A stretch of 64,000 nucleotides of DNA, from contig OZ250155.1 in the NCBI GenBank assembly GCA_965237775.1, forward strand, positions 4,831,814-4,895,813, given 5' to 3'. A program made the position numbers and the translations under genes. The stretch is from Dehalococcoidia bacterium (GTDB lineage: Bacteria > Chloroflexota > Dehalococcoidia > Lucifugimonadales > UBA3495). Below the pieces are notes generated by a model. It did no database searches and was not told the DNA's origin. It saw only the letters and a list, made by a program, of their open reading frames with translations. Positions 55,515 to 64,000 of this stretch are shown here, one piece after another (the stretch's first letter is position 1; each line of letters opens with the position of its first letter).

Positions 55515-55825
55515 TTGCAGCAAGCATCCCCATATTGCCCGTATTCCGCGTAAGAAGTCAGAGACGCCCCAGGTAATGGTTCCGAATGTGCGGCACGGGT
55601 TGATTGCATACTTTCCAAGATTTCCTTGATGCTCTTTATGTCGTCCTTGATTTCGGCAACGTCTTCCTTCAGATGGGCAACGTCCGTTTCGACAACCGCA
55701 AGACGCACCTCGATTGAATGTACGTCACTCCGAAGGTCTTTCAGGTCGTCCCAAATAAACCACGAGAGAAAGGCAATTATGGCAATTACACCTATTGGCG
55801 TAATCCATTCTTTCATATTGGCCAC
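55499..55825 (-). CDS. Membrane-anchored coiled-coil protein (hypothetical)
   Basis: N-terminal TM segment ITPIGVIAIIAFLSWFIW, then heptad-like DLKDLRSDVHSIEVRLAVVETDVAHLKEDVAEIKDDIKSIKEILESM. Its 3' end overlaps the DUF429 3' end by 16 nt. Confidence 0.5.
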   Translation of the reverse strand: MANMKEWITPIGVIAIIAFLSWFIWDDLKDLRSDVHSIEVRLAVVETDVAHLKEDVAEIKDDIKSIKEILESMQSTRAAHSEPLPGASLTSYAEYGQYGDACCNYSGV

Positions 55826-55994
55826 CTTGGTTCCCGCTATCCGATTGCACTCTCCGTACTTCTCATAGCGTAATTATAAACCGGAACACGGCGGGTAAGG
55901 GAGTCCAACATGATTTTCATGGAAAGTTGCTTCCCTTGCATCTTGCCGCTAAGCTGTTTGGCGACAGCCTATTTAAGCCAGAAGGAGGGCCGTT

Positions 55995-56333
55995 ATGCGT
56001 ATAGTCCGTGTTTACTCCGGCGACGATGGAGAGTCCCACTTCCAGGACCTGACAGGCGACGAGTTCGCCAAGTTGGTCTTCCCCATTGGGGCGGGAGACA
56101 TCAGTCTGAACCAGCGCACTTCCCCGTCGTTCTCCGACTACCACACCGCGCCCCGGCGTCAGTATGTGGTTAACCTCTCAGGGACCGCGGAGTTCGAGGT
56201 TGCCGACGGCACCAAAGTCCAGTTGGTTCCCGGAGACGTGCTTGTGGCTGAAGACCTGACGGGCCACGGTCACATTGCCCGCAGTCTCGGCGAGGATTTC
56301 CGGGTCTCCCTAGCGGTGCCTCTCGCCGAATAG
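55995..56333 (+). CDS. Small cupin-like protein
   Basis: 112 aa. Contains YHTAPRRQYVVNLSGTAEFEVADGTKVQLVPGDVLVAED.TGHGH. Confidence 0.5.
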   Translation: MRIVRVYSGDDGESHFQDLTGDEFAKLVFPIGAGDISLNQRTSPSFSDYHTAPRRQYVVNLSGTAEFEVADGTKVQLVPGDVLVAEDLTGHGHIARSLGEDFRVSLAVPLAE

Positions 56334-56362
56334 ATATCCGGCTTTGGCCCGTCTACCGGCGC

Positions 56363-57679
56363 TCAGCCGGGGACGGTCAAGACGTGGTGAAGATGTAGCA
56401 ACCCCTGCTGGCGCCGGGCGGTGGATACAAGCCCCCTCCAGTCTGGCTCCAGCAGGCGATCCGTCATCTCCTGAGTCAACTCGTTACCCTGCCCCTTCCC
56501 AAAACGCGAATATAACTCCAGGTAGATTTGGGGCTTCACCGCGCCTCCCTCTGCCTCAGCCACCGCGTGGAGGAAGGGCAAGACCACATTAATCGCCAGG
56601 TCCCTGGCTCGGGCTTGTCCGATGGCGGCGGAGACCTTCCCCGCACTCGCCACCGAAAGGGCCGCGGTCAGGGTTTTGGGTACACTCGACTCAGCCTCTC
56701 GTCGCAGGCCCACCACCATCCCCGTCTCCAAGAACCTGTCTACCAGACCAGCGGCCCCGGCTATTCTCCGCAGGGGATGGTTGGCGGGCCGGACCCGAAA
56801 ACAGTTCCAGGAGTCCGGGTCCATCCGCGGACCCAACCCTTTCGGAAGTCCCTGCGCGTCACTGACACAGTTTCCGAGGCGCAGACCGGACAGATGAGCA
56901 AGCCACGCCTCTACGGCCGCAACTCGGCTCCCCGATGGCAGGCGCAGGGCCGCGTCGGCCAGCTCCTGGTAGGGGGCGCGATGGGCCAAAAGGGAAAACG
57001 GATGTTGATTGTGCTGGTAGCCCAGCCCCTCCAGCAGTCCTTCGTAGAGGGTCTGGCCCGCAGGTTGTTCCTCTAGGAAACGCGCGTACTGGCGGCTTTT
57101 GTCCAAGAACCGCACGTCTCCAGCATAATCCAACAACCGGACCAAATCCCCTTCCGTGTCAGGGCGTTGGTAACCACGCTCCGCCAAAAGTTGCCACAGT
57201 CCGGGGTGGGGTCCAACGGCTCCGGAGTCCTCCGGGGTAAGCAGCGGCGCCATGGAGACTACCGGGGTGTTTCGGCCGCTTTCCAGCCCAGTGGGAGCGG
57301 CAGGTTCGTCTAGAGCCACATGCAGCACCACGCCGTTGTACCTCGGGTCGCCGGTGTGGCCGTGGGCGTCCCAGTCCTGCTGACGGACGTGAATTTCCAC
57401 GTCCCCTTGGACCCGGCCAACACCCTCCATTTCCAGGATTGCGTTGCGGAAGTCCGGCCCCGCCGAGATGCCGGGCCTCCCCGGATATAACACTCGCACT
57501 CTGGCCCCGGCCTGGGTGCGAAACCATTCCTGCCGGGCCGCGCGCTTCTGCCACAGCCGGGCCAAGAGACGTTCCAGGATACCAGGACCCAAAGGCTCAC
57601 GCACCTGGCGTATGGCTGCTCTCGGACTTCGGGTATACTTCACCTGACCCCTTGATTGTGGACCTACCGGCCATTCCAA
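56363..57679 (-). CDS. DUF2851 family protein
   Basis: VLYPGRPGISAGPDFRNAILEMEGVGRVQGDVEIHVRQQDWDAHGHTGDPRYNGVVLHV matches the DUF2851 core from memory. TTG start uncertain. Confidence 0.6.
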   Translation of the reverse strand: MEWPVGPQSRGQVKYTRSPRAAIRQVREPLGPGILERLLARLWQKRAARQEWFRTQAGARVRVLYPGRPGISAGPDFRNAILEMEGVGRVQGDVEIHVRQQDWDAHGHTGDPRYNGVVLHVALDEPAAPTGLESGRNTPVVSMAPLLTPEDSGAVGPHPGLWQLLAERGYQRPDTEGDLVRLLDYAGDVRFLDKSRQYARFLEEQPAGQTLYEGLLEGLGYQHNQHPFSLLAHRAPYQELADAALRLPSGSRVAAVEAWLAHLSGLRLGNCVSDAQGLPKGLGPRMDPDSWNCFRVRPANHPLRRIAGAAGLVDRFLETGMVVGLRREAESSVPKTLTAALSVASAGKVSAAIGQARARDLAINVVLPFLHAVAEAEGGAVKPQIYLELYSRFGKGQGNELTQEMTDRLLEPDWRGLVSTARRQQGLLHLHHVLTVPG

Positions 57680-57841
57680 GCCCTCGCAAAGTATATCCCA
57701 AGTCTTAAACTTTAACCAATAATCGCGTAATCCTTCATCTCAAGGGGATATGTGGGATCCTTACATTGTCTGGCCTGAACGACAATCTTCCTCAAACGAA
57801 TAACATCCGCGTACGCATGAAGTCCAACAAGGAGTCGAACG

Positions 57842-58594
57842 ATGAGACTGGAAGGTAAAGTGGCATTAATCAGCGGGGGCGCTCGCGGGATGGGCGCCGT
57901 TGAAGCCCGAATGTTCGCCAGCGAGGGCGCAAGCGTTGTGATCGGAGACGTCCTGGAAGATGAGGGCCGCCGGGTTGCCGCCGAGATCGGCGAGGCCGGC
58001 GGTCAGGCGCTATTCGTTGCCCTGGATGTGACCAGCGAGTCCCAGTGGCGGGACGCCATCGACGCCGCGGTATCTTCGTTTGGCAGGCTGGACGTGTTGG
58101 TGAACAACGCCGGCATCGGCGGAGGCGGAAACGTCGAGGAAACCACCGAAGCCGACTGGGACCGCACCATGGACATCAATGCCAAGGGCGTGTTCCTCGG
58201 CACGAAAACAGCCATTCCCGCCATGCGCCGGTCAGGGGGCGGCTCCATCATCAACATATCGTCCCAACTTGGCATCGTGGGAGTCGACAACAGCAGCCCA
58301 CAGTACCAGGCGTCCAAGGGGGCGGTGCGGTTGCTCACCAAGTCCACCGCCATTCAATACGCCAGGGAAGGGATCAGGGCCAACTCGGTCCACCCAGGAC
58401 CCATCGTCACACCCATGACCGAAGCTGGACGGGCCGACCAGGACCGGTACGATTTGACCGTCTCCCGCATCCCGTTGGGCCGCTACGGTGAGCCCGAAGA
58501 CGTAGCCTACGGGGTGCTATTCCTCGCCAGCGACGAGTCCTCGTTTATGACCGGCAGCGAACTGGTAATCGACGGAGGCTGGGTCGCCCAGTAG
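57842..58594 (+). CDS. SDR family oxidoreductase (3alpha/20beta-hydroxysteroid dehydrogenase-like)
   Basis: KVALISGGARGMG, NNAGI, YQASKGAV catalytic motif, PGPIVTPM. Confidence 0.85.
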   Translation: MRLEGKVALISGGARGMGAVEARMFASEGASVVIGDVLEDEGRRVAAEIGEAGGQALFVALDVTSESQWRDAIDAAVSSFGRLDVLVNNAGIGGGGNVEETTEADWDRTMDINAKGVFLGTKTAIPAMRRSGGGSIINISSQLGIVGVDNSSPQYQASKGAVRLLTKSTAIQYAREGIRANSVHPGPIVTPMTEAGRADQDRYDLTVSRIPLGRYGEPEDVAYGVLFLASDESSFMTGSELVIDGGWVAQ

Positions 58595-58612
58595 GAAATC
58601 GCCAGTTGCGGG

Positions 58613-59581
58613 CTAGGGAGTTAACAGTATCTTCCCAACGGTCTGACGGCCTTCCATTTGCCGGTGCGCCTCCTCCGCCTGGGACAGGGGCAACCTGAGG
58701 CCAACGTGCAGGTTCAATTCCCCGGACCCTACCCATTGCAGCACCTCGCCCGCTCTCTGCAGCAGCTCGTCGCGAGTGGCGGTGTAGTCTCCCAGGCTAG
58801 GCCGGGTCAAGAACAGCGAGCCGTTGCGGAGCGCTCCCGAGTCTATGGGTCCCACGGGACCGCTTGCCTGGCCGTACAACGCCATATAGCCGCGGCGTCC
58901 CAGGCAATTTAGTCCCTTGGCGAATGTGGTCTGGCCCACCGCGTCGAAAATAATGCGTAACCCCTCTCCACCCGTGGCCTTCTTTATCTCCTCCTCGAAG
59001 TCTTGCCGGGTGTAGTAGATCACCTTGTCCGCTCCGGCTTCCGACGCCAGCTCTCCTTTGGCTTCGGTTGAAACCGTGGTGAAAACGTGGACTCCCAAAC
59101 GCTTCAACATTTGGATCAGCAGTAGTCCCATGCCGCCCGCTCCGGCATGGACCAGGGCCATGTCTCCGGGGTTAAGCCGCGTGATGCCGAAAACCAGGAA
59201 GTGGGCGGTCATACCCTGCAGCATGGCCGACGCTCCGGTGGCGAAGTCGGTCTGCTCGGGCAGGCCCACAAGCAACCAGGAGGGGACCACGGCTTGTTCG
59301 GCGTATGAGCCGGTGTGCATGGCGTAGGCCACCCTGTCTCCCACCGCCACTTCGCTAACCCCCTCACCGACCGCCGCGACCACTCCCGCGGCTTCCCTGC
59401 CGGGAGTCCACGGAAAACTGGCCGGAGGATTGGCGCCCCGCCGGCTGGAAACGTCCGTGTAGTTGACGCCTATGGACCGGATGTCCACCAGGGCTTCGCC
59501 GGGGCCAGGCGCGGGTGCGGCAACGTCCTCGTAGCGCAATACCTCCGGGCCGCCAACCTCGTGTGCTTGGACCGCTTTCAT
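58613..59581 (-). CDS. NADPH:quinone oxidoreductase (zeta-crystallin-like MDR)
   Basis: MKAVQAHEVGGPEVL..., GVNYTD, HAGAGGMG. Start trimmed to ATG 59581 after TAGGAGG. Confidence 0.8.
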   Translation of the reverse strand: MKAVQAHEVGGPEVLRYEDVAAPAPGPGEALVDIRSIGVNYTDVSSRRGANPPASFPWTPGREAAGVVAAVGEGVSEVAVGDRVAYAMHTGSYAEQAVVPSWLLVGLPEQTDFATGASAMLQGMTAHFLVFGITRLNPGDMALVHAGAGGMGLLLIQMLKRLGVHVFTTVSTEAKGELASEAGADKVIYYTRQDFEEEIKKATGGEGLRIIFDAVGQTTFAKGLNCLGRRGYMALYGQASGPVGPIDSGALRNGSLFLTRPSLGDYTATRDELLQRAGEVLQWVGSGELNLHVGLRLPLSQAEEAHRQMEGRQTVGKILLTP

Positions 59582-59621
59582 CGCGTACCTCCTAAAACTC
59601 CGTGTGATTTCGCCGGGAGGA

Positions 59622-60950
59622 TCACGCTCCCAGGATGGATGCCAACCCGGTAACGTCGGCAACGTTCTCCAGGTCCCAGAACTGCTCCAACGCTCCCTCG
59701 ATGTGGTCCGGAGGCAAGATGTATCGGCTGCAGTACAGGAATTTGGCGTCCAACTCCTGCCTCTCTAGGGGCATTTCCGGGTGGCCTCGGGGAAACTCAA
59801 CCCGGTGCTGAAGGGTGCGCCCGCCTCTCAGGACCACGCTGACTTCGCTTGCCTGTGGCGCGAAGGTCAGTGGCTCCTGTGACGGCGCAACGGTGATCCG
59901 GTCCATGAGAGCGAGAACGTCCGGTTCCTGGACGGCTAGATCGCTGAACTGTTCTATCAATGGGTGTCCGTAGAGCAGAGACGCCGCTACCACGTAGTGC
60001 AGACTCTCCCGGGCCTCCCAGCCGTCTCGTGGGTTGGGAAAGGCCAGGGCTTCGACTGCCGAGACAGGGGCTTCAACCCGCACCGAGTCAACGTCGTCCG
60101 CTTCGATCCGGTACTGCTGCGCCAGTTGCAGCACGGCGTCGACCGTGGCATGGGAAGCAGTGTTGCAGGCGAATGGCTTTAATACCACCCCTGGGTCGAC
60201 CAGGCTGTGAGATTCGTCCAGGCTGGTGAAGAAACCGCCGTATTCGTCGCGGCCTGCGGAGTTGGGAGACTCTACGCCTAGACCCACTCTCCCGAAGTCC
60301 TCCTGGGCCAGCAGAGCCGCCGCCACGCCGTTCATCGCCGCCTGCCCGCTTTGGACGGCCCTGGCCAGAGAGACCGCACCCGGCTCATCTATCCGAGGGC
60401 CTTTCATCGCGGAGGCGATTGCCGCCCCAAGCTGGTCGTTGCCCAACCCCAACAACCTGCCCGCCGCCGCCGCGGCTGCCACGGGTCCGGCGGAAATCCC
60501 TCTTACAGCCCCGTCAACGCGGTCCTCACCGCTCCGGTATAGCTTGCACAGCACCTCGCAGCCTAGGGCAAAAGCGTTCAGGACATCAGCCCCGGAGAAT
60601 CCGTGCATTTCGCCCAGAGCCATTACCACTGGAAAGACCACGCAACTGGGGTGAGCAGCCGAGTCCGCCAACTCGTCGTCGAAGTCCAGCATCCTGACCA
60701 TCGTCCCGTTGGCCAGGCACGAATACACCGGCGATGAGCGAAGCCCCATGCCGATGATGGTGCATTTACCGTTGCCACGCATTTCCTGGGCGAATTTGGT
60801 CACCGCCAGGCCGTCGGGCTGGGCCGCGCCCGCCAGAGCCACGGCAGCCGCGTTGACCATCATCTCCTTGGAGGTCTCCACGACGCGAGGGGGCAATTGA
60901 TCGAATGAGGTCTCTTGGACCCACTCGGCCAACCGGTGCGCGAAACCCAT
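59622..60950 (-). CDS. MmgE/PrpD family protein (2-methylcitrate dehydratase-like)
   Basis: LAEWVQETSFDQLP N-terminus, length, and a two-domain pattern typical of MmgE/PrpD. Start trimmed to ATG 60950 after AGGAGAAGG. Confidence 0.75.
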   Translation of the reverse strand: MGFAHRLAEWVQETSFDQLPPRVVETSKEMMVNAAAVALAGAAQPDGLAVTKFAQEMRGNGKCTIIGMGLRSSPVYSCLANGTMVRMLDFDDELADSAAHPSCVVFPVVMALGEMHGFSGADVLNAFALGCEVLCKLYRSGEDRVDGAVRGISAGPVAAAAAAGRLLGLGNDQLGAAIASAMKGPRIDEPGAVSLARAVQSGQAAMNGVAAALLAQEDFGRVGLGVESPNSAGRDEYGGFFTSLDESHSLVDPGVVLKPFACNTASHATVDAVLQLAQQYRIEADDVDSVRVEAPVSAVEALAFPNPRDGWEARESLHYVVAASLLYGHPLIEQFSDLAVQEPDVLALMDRITVAPSQEPLTFAPQASEVSVVLRGGRTLQHRVEFPRGHPEMPLERQELDAKFLYCSRYILPPDHIEGALEQFWDLENVADVTGLASILGA

Positions 60951-61347
60951 GGACCTTCTCCTGGCGCCTGGCTCTCGAAGCCAGAAAAGCATACTAGCAG
61001 CACTCAAATGACGCAACGATCCATGCCCTGTGACACCCGCCGGCGGCATCCACACCCCAAGTTCCAGAAGACCTACTCTGTCTACGCCCTCGCGCGCTGG
61101 ACCAAGCGCGGAAAACAGACCCCAATGTAGCTAAACCAGGCATCTTAATAGTTGGCGCCGTCGGCCATTACATCATCGCCCCTCTTTCGGAAAAGGGGGA
61201 GAATGGTTTTATGGGCGGACAATTAAAGGACCCTGCGACTAAGTCACCTAAATTTGCCTTGCCTTTGGCCTGTGGATTATCATAAGCACCGATCCACGCT
61301 GCAGACCCTTCATTCCTATCTGCAGTCCCTACGAAAGGAGAAATAGC

Positions 61348-62121
61348 ATGGTTTATGAGGCCATAAAGACCGACCAGGTAGACCGGGTGGCCATCATCAC
61401 CCTCAGTCGGCCCGAGGTCTTGAACGCGTTGAATTTCAAGCTGGTGACCGAGCTTGACCAGGTAATCGGGGCAATGGAAGAAGACGACGGGGTTGGCGCC
61501 ATCGTAATTACCGGCGACGGCGAACGGGCTTTCTCTGCCGGAGCCGACATTCACGAGAACCGCGAGTTGAGCGACGAAGAGCGGGAACGCATCACCGGAA
61601 TCCGCTCCGACTACACCTGGCGCCTGGCCACTGTTGCCAAACCGGTCATCGGTGCGATCAACGGCCTTTGCTACGGCGGCGGCACGGTCATGGCCACATC
61701 CCTAGACATGCTGATCGGTTGCGAGAAGTCCAGTTTCCGGTTCCTTGCCGTCAACTATGGCCAGATGAACGCCACCTGGAGCCTTCCCATGATGGTGGGC
61801 TGGCCCAGGGCCAAGGAACTACTCTACAGCGGCAGGGAAGTGTTCGCCGAGGAAGCCTACCGCATTGGTCTGCTCAACCACCTCGTGCCTTCCGAAGATC
61901 TGTTGGACAAGGCGATCGAAGTCGGCGCGGGCTTCGCCAAGAACAGGGTCCAGGGCGTGGCCAACATTAAGCAGATGCTCCTTGAGCACACGGGCCTGTC
62001 CATGGAAGAGCAATACCAGAACGAAATCGGCGCCCGCTCTGGCCGGTTCAGGGGACTGTCAGTTGAAGAGGGGTTCAAGGACTTCCTAGATCGAAAGGGG
62101 CGAAAACCTCAGGTCTCATAA
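61348..62121 (+). CDS. Enoyl-CoA hydratase/isomerase (crotonase) family protein
   Basis: VAIITLSRPEVLNAL, FSAGADI, GLCYGGG. Confidence 0.85.
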   Translation: MVYEAIKTDQVDRVAIITLSRPEVLNALNFKLVTELDQVIGAMEEDDGVGAIVITGDGERAFSAGADIHENRELSDEERERITGIRSDYTWRLATVAKPVIGAINGLCYGGGTVMATSLDMLIGCEKSSFRFLAVNYGQMNATWSLPMMVGWPRAKELLYSGREVFAEEAYRIGLLNHLVPSEDLLDKAIEVGAGFAKNRVQGVANIKQMLLEHTGLSMEEQYQNEIGARSGRFRGLSVEEGFKDFLDRKGRKPQVS

Positions 62122-62164
62122 GCGGGAACGGGGACCATAGGCCAACAACAGTAAACCAAACATC

Positions 62165-62200
62165 GAGTCCCCGGTAGTGATACCGGGGACTCTTGCTTTT
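62165..62200 (+). terminator. Rho-independent terminator after the crotonase gene
   Basis: GAGTCCCCGG-TAGTGATA-CCGGGGACTC (perfect 10-bp stem) followed by TTGCTTTT. Confidence 0.75.
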
Positions 62201-63637
62201 GTGAGGAAAGCCGTAGCAAATTTGACAGAGGCCCCTACTACCGCCGCCATTCGCCCGCTGACCGTAATCGTCAAGGCGGCGCCCCCCTTGCTGGCCCTGG
62301 GTGCGGTCCTGTTGGCTCCCTCGCCCGAAACCCTGACTCCCGAGGGCCAGCGCGCGCTTGCGGTAATGGCGATGGCGGTGGTTCTGTGGGCCACAGAGGC
62401 GTTGCCCATCGCAGTCACGGGGCTGGTCAGCGTATTACTCCTGGTATTGCTCGGAGCGGTCCCTGACCTGGGGGCCGGGCTCTTCGGCTTCGCCCAGCCG
62501 GTCACCTACTTTCTGGTCGGCATTCTGACCCTCGGCCTGGCGGTCCACAATTCAGGGCTGGCCCAACGCATGGCGGCGCAGATCATCCGCCTCGCCGGTG
62601 GGGCGCCACGCATCCTTTACGTCCAGATGCTGGTGTCGTTCGCCGCGTTGACCCTTGCCCTCCCGTCCGCCTCAACCAGGGGAGCGATCATGGTGCACAT
62701 CTACGAAGAGGTGCTGGACCATTGGGGCGTTGCCAAGGGAACGGCGCTAAACAAGGCCGTGATGTTGGCCATGGGTTCGCTGAACAGACTGGCCTCCACC
62801 GCGCTCTTGGCTGGGGGAATCACCCCCGTGGTGGCTTCCGCCCTGATCGGAGACTTTTCCTGGACCCGTTGGTTCATCATGATGGCGCTGCCCTTCTACA
62901 CCATGTTGGCCATTGGGGGAGCGATTCTCTACCTCATGTACCGCTCGGGGTTTTCCTCGGATGGGGCGCGGGGGAGCGCGAGCCTGCCTCTCGGCCCCGT
63001 CACCCTCGCGGAGAAAAAGGCCGGGGTAATCGCGCTGTGTACGGCAATATTATGGTTCACCGACTTTGCCCATGGCTTGCCGCCCGCGGTACCCGCCCTG
63101 ATAGCCATGACCGTCATACTAATTCCCGGACTGGGGATTCTCTCCTGGAGGGAGTTCGAGCAGGGCCTTGGATGGAGCAACTTCTTCGTAATCGCCTCGT
63201 CACTGTCTCTCGCCCACGCCCTTGCCACCAGCGGAGCCGCCGGTTGGTTCGCGCAAATGTTGGTAGGGTCGGTGGCCGGGATGGTGAGTTATCCCGCACT
63301 GTTGCTCTTGGCCCTGGGCGCGGCCTCGGCCCTCGTCCGGTTGATGATGCCGAACATCTCGGGCTATCTGGCGTTCATGATACCGGTGGCCATGTCTACC
63401 GGGCAGTCCCTGGGGCTCAATCCCCTGGTCTGCGGCCTCTCCGTGGTCGTTGTGGGGGACGCGCTGGTCTACTATCCAGCCGGGGCCACCGCCAGCGTGT
63501 TCATCTACCAGCGGGCCAACATTGGCTCTCCGGAGGTGTTCAGGTTCGGCCTGGTCATGACCCTGGTAGCCATCGCCGTCCTGATGCTGATCGTCCTGCC
63601 CTACTGGAGTTGGCTCGGAGAAGGACTGACGATTTAG
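62201..63637 (+). CDS. SLC13/DASS-type anion (di/tricarboxylate or sulfate) permease
   Basis: Polytopic protein with LWATEALPIAVTGL and paired hairpin-region patterns of the DASS/ArsB-NhaD superfamily. The track start GTG 62177 lies in the terminator loop, so GTG 62201 or TTG 62222 is more likely. Confidence 0.7.
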   Translation: MRKAVANLTEAPTTAAIRPLTVIVKAAPPLLALGAVLLAPSPETLTPEGQRALAVMAMAVVLWATEALPIAVTGLVSVLLLVLLGAVPDLGAGLFGFAQPVTYFLVGILTLGLAVHNSGLAQRMAAQIIRLAGGAPRILYVQMLVSFAALTLALPSASTRGAIMVHIYEEVLDHWGVAKGTALNKAVMLAMGSLNRLASTALLAGGITPVVASALIGDFSWTRWFIMMALPFYTMLAIGGAILYLMYRSGFSSDGARGSASLPLGPVTLAEKKAGVIALCTAILWFTDFAHGLPPAVPALIAMTVILIPGLGILSWREFEQGLGWSNFFVIASSLSLAHALATSGAAGWFAQMLVGSVAGMVSYPALLLLALGAASALVRLMMPNISGYLAFMIPVAMSTGQSLGLNPLVCGLSVVVVGDALVYYPAGATASVFIYQRANIGSPEVFRFGLVMTLVAIAVLMLIVLPYWSWLGEGLTI

Positions 63638-63654
63638 CCACACTGGAGACATCA

Positions 63655-64000
63655 ATGCCGCAACACGGACTCCCCGACTCTCCAATGATCGGTCACCGCG
63701 GCGACTCCGCCGACGTAATAGCCCCGGACGGCTCGGAAATTCGCCTCCTGGTCGACCAGAGGCACGAAGCGTCCCGGGCCAGCCTCGTTGAAGTCCGTCT
63801 TCCGGCGGGCGGAGTGTCCCGGCCCGTGTGGCACCGGACCGTTGAGGAAATATGGTACGTGCTGGAAGGGTATGGGCGGGTCTGGCGTTGTCCGCCTGCC
63901 AATGCCGCGGACACGGTTGAGCCGGCGCTGGTGGGACCCGGTGACGCTTTGACGATTCCCACCGGATGGAGGTTCCAGTTCAGCGCCGACAAAGCAGGGC
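63655..64000 (+). CDS. Cupin domain protein, N-terminal part (runs off the window end)
   Basis: My translation from ATG 63655 gives MPQHGLPDSPMIGHRGDSADVIAPDGSEIRLLVDQ...VWHRTVEEIWYVLEGYGRVW...GDALTIPTGWRFQF, a typical cupin barrel. GGAGAC Shine-Dalgarno. Confidence 0.6.
   Translation, partial: MPQHGLPDSPMIGHRGDSADVIAPDGSEIRLLVDQRHEASRASLVEVRLPAGGVSRPVWHRTVEEIWYVLEGYGRVWRCPPANAADTVEPALVGPGDALTIPTGWRFQFSADKAG

Noticed and set aside
1-64000. Looked for CRISPR arrays, rRNA genes, additional tRNAs, transposases, integrases and prophage genes.
   Set aside because: None seen by eye. The only large repeats are the three RdhA-like paralogs. Small ncRNAs cannot be excluded without covariance-model scans.

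Overview
GC-rich bacterial chromosomal segment. Hand counts of single 60-nt lines give about 65% G+C in typical genes and 40-45% in one islet. I call about 65 protein genes and one tRNA-Ser(CGA). I saw no rRNA, CRISPR array, transposase or integrase. All family assignments come from motif recognition by eye; no searches were run.

Backbone: a housekeeping set (zur-znuA-znuC-znuB, nadX, sppA, mazG, rsmI, an argF-like gene, der-plsY-gpsA, ispH, thrC, prs) is interleaved with paralog-rich catabolic genes. These are 2 luciferase-like monooxygenases, 3 classical SDRs, a Zn-ADH, a quinone oxidoreductase, 2 VOC proteins, a LigB-type dioxygenase, an MmgE/PrpD protein, a crotonase, a thiolase plus DUF35 pair, and an F420H2:NADP oxidoreductase. 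This content fits a marine Chloroflexota (SAR202-like) genome, but that is inference only.

Main finding: 17.1-21.8 kb holds three tandem, independently promoted and terminated paralogs of a TAT-less reductive-dehalogenase/QueG-like double-[4Fe-4S] protein. They have a mosaic, gene-conversion-like conservation pattern and a family-specific C-terminal extension ending in DYI.

Other points worth a second look:
- a pentapeptide-repeat/TIR-like fusion gene
- a hicAB module
- a low-GC islet (retropepsin-like protease, DUF429, membrane coiled-coil protein)
- four small Cys-rich or zinc-ribbon genes missed or mis-bounded by the ORF track, including two tandem desulforedoxin-like genes
- a carbamoyltransferase with HDMP in place of the HCLP motif
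- a TAG-interrupted reading frame upstream of a nitroreductase

Many long ORFs in the track are antisense shadow ORFs and were discarded. Several 5' ends were trimmed to starts with Shine-Dalgarno support.
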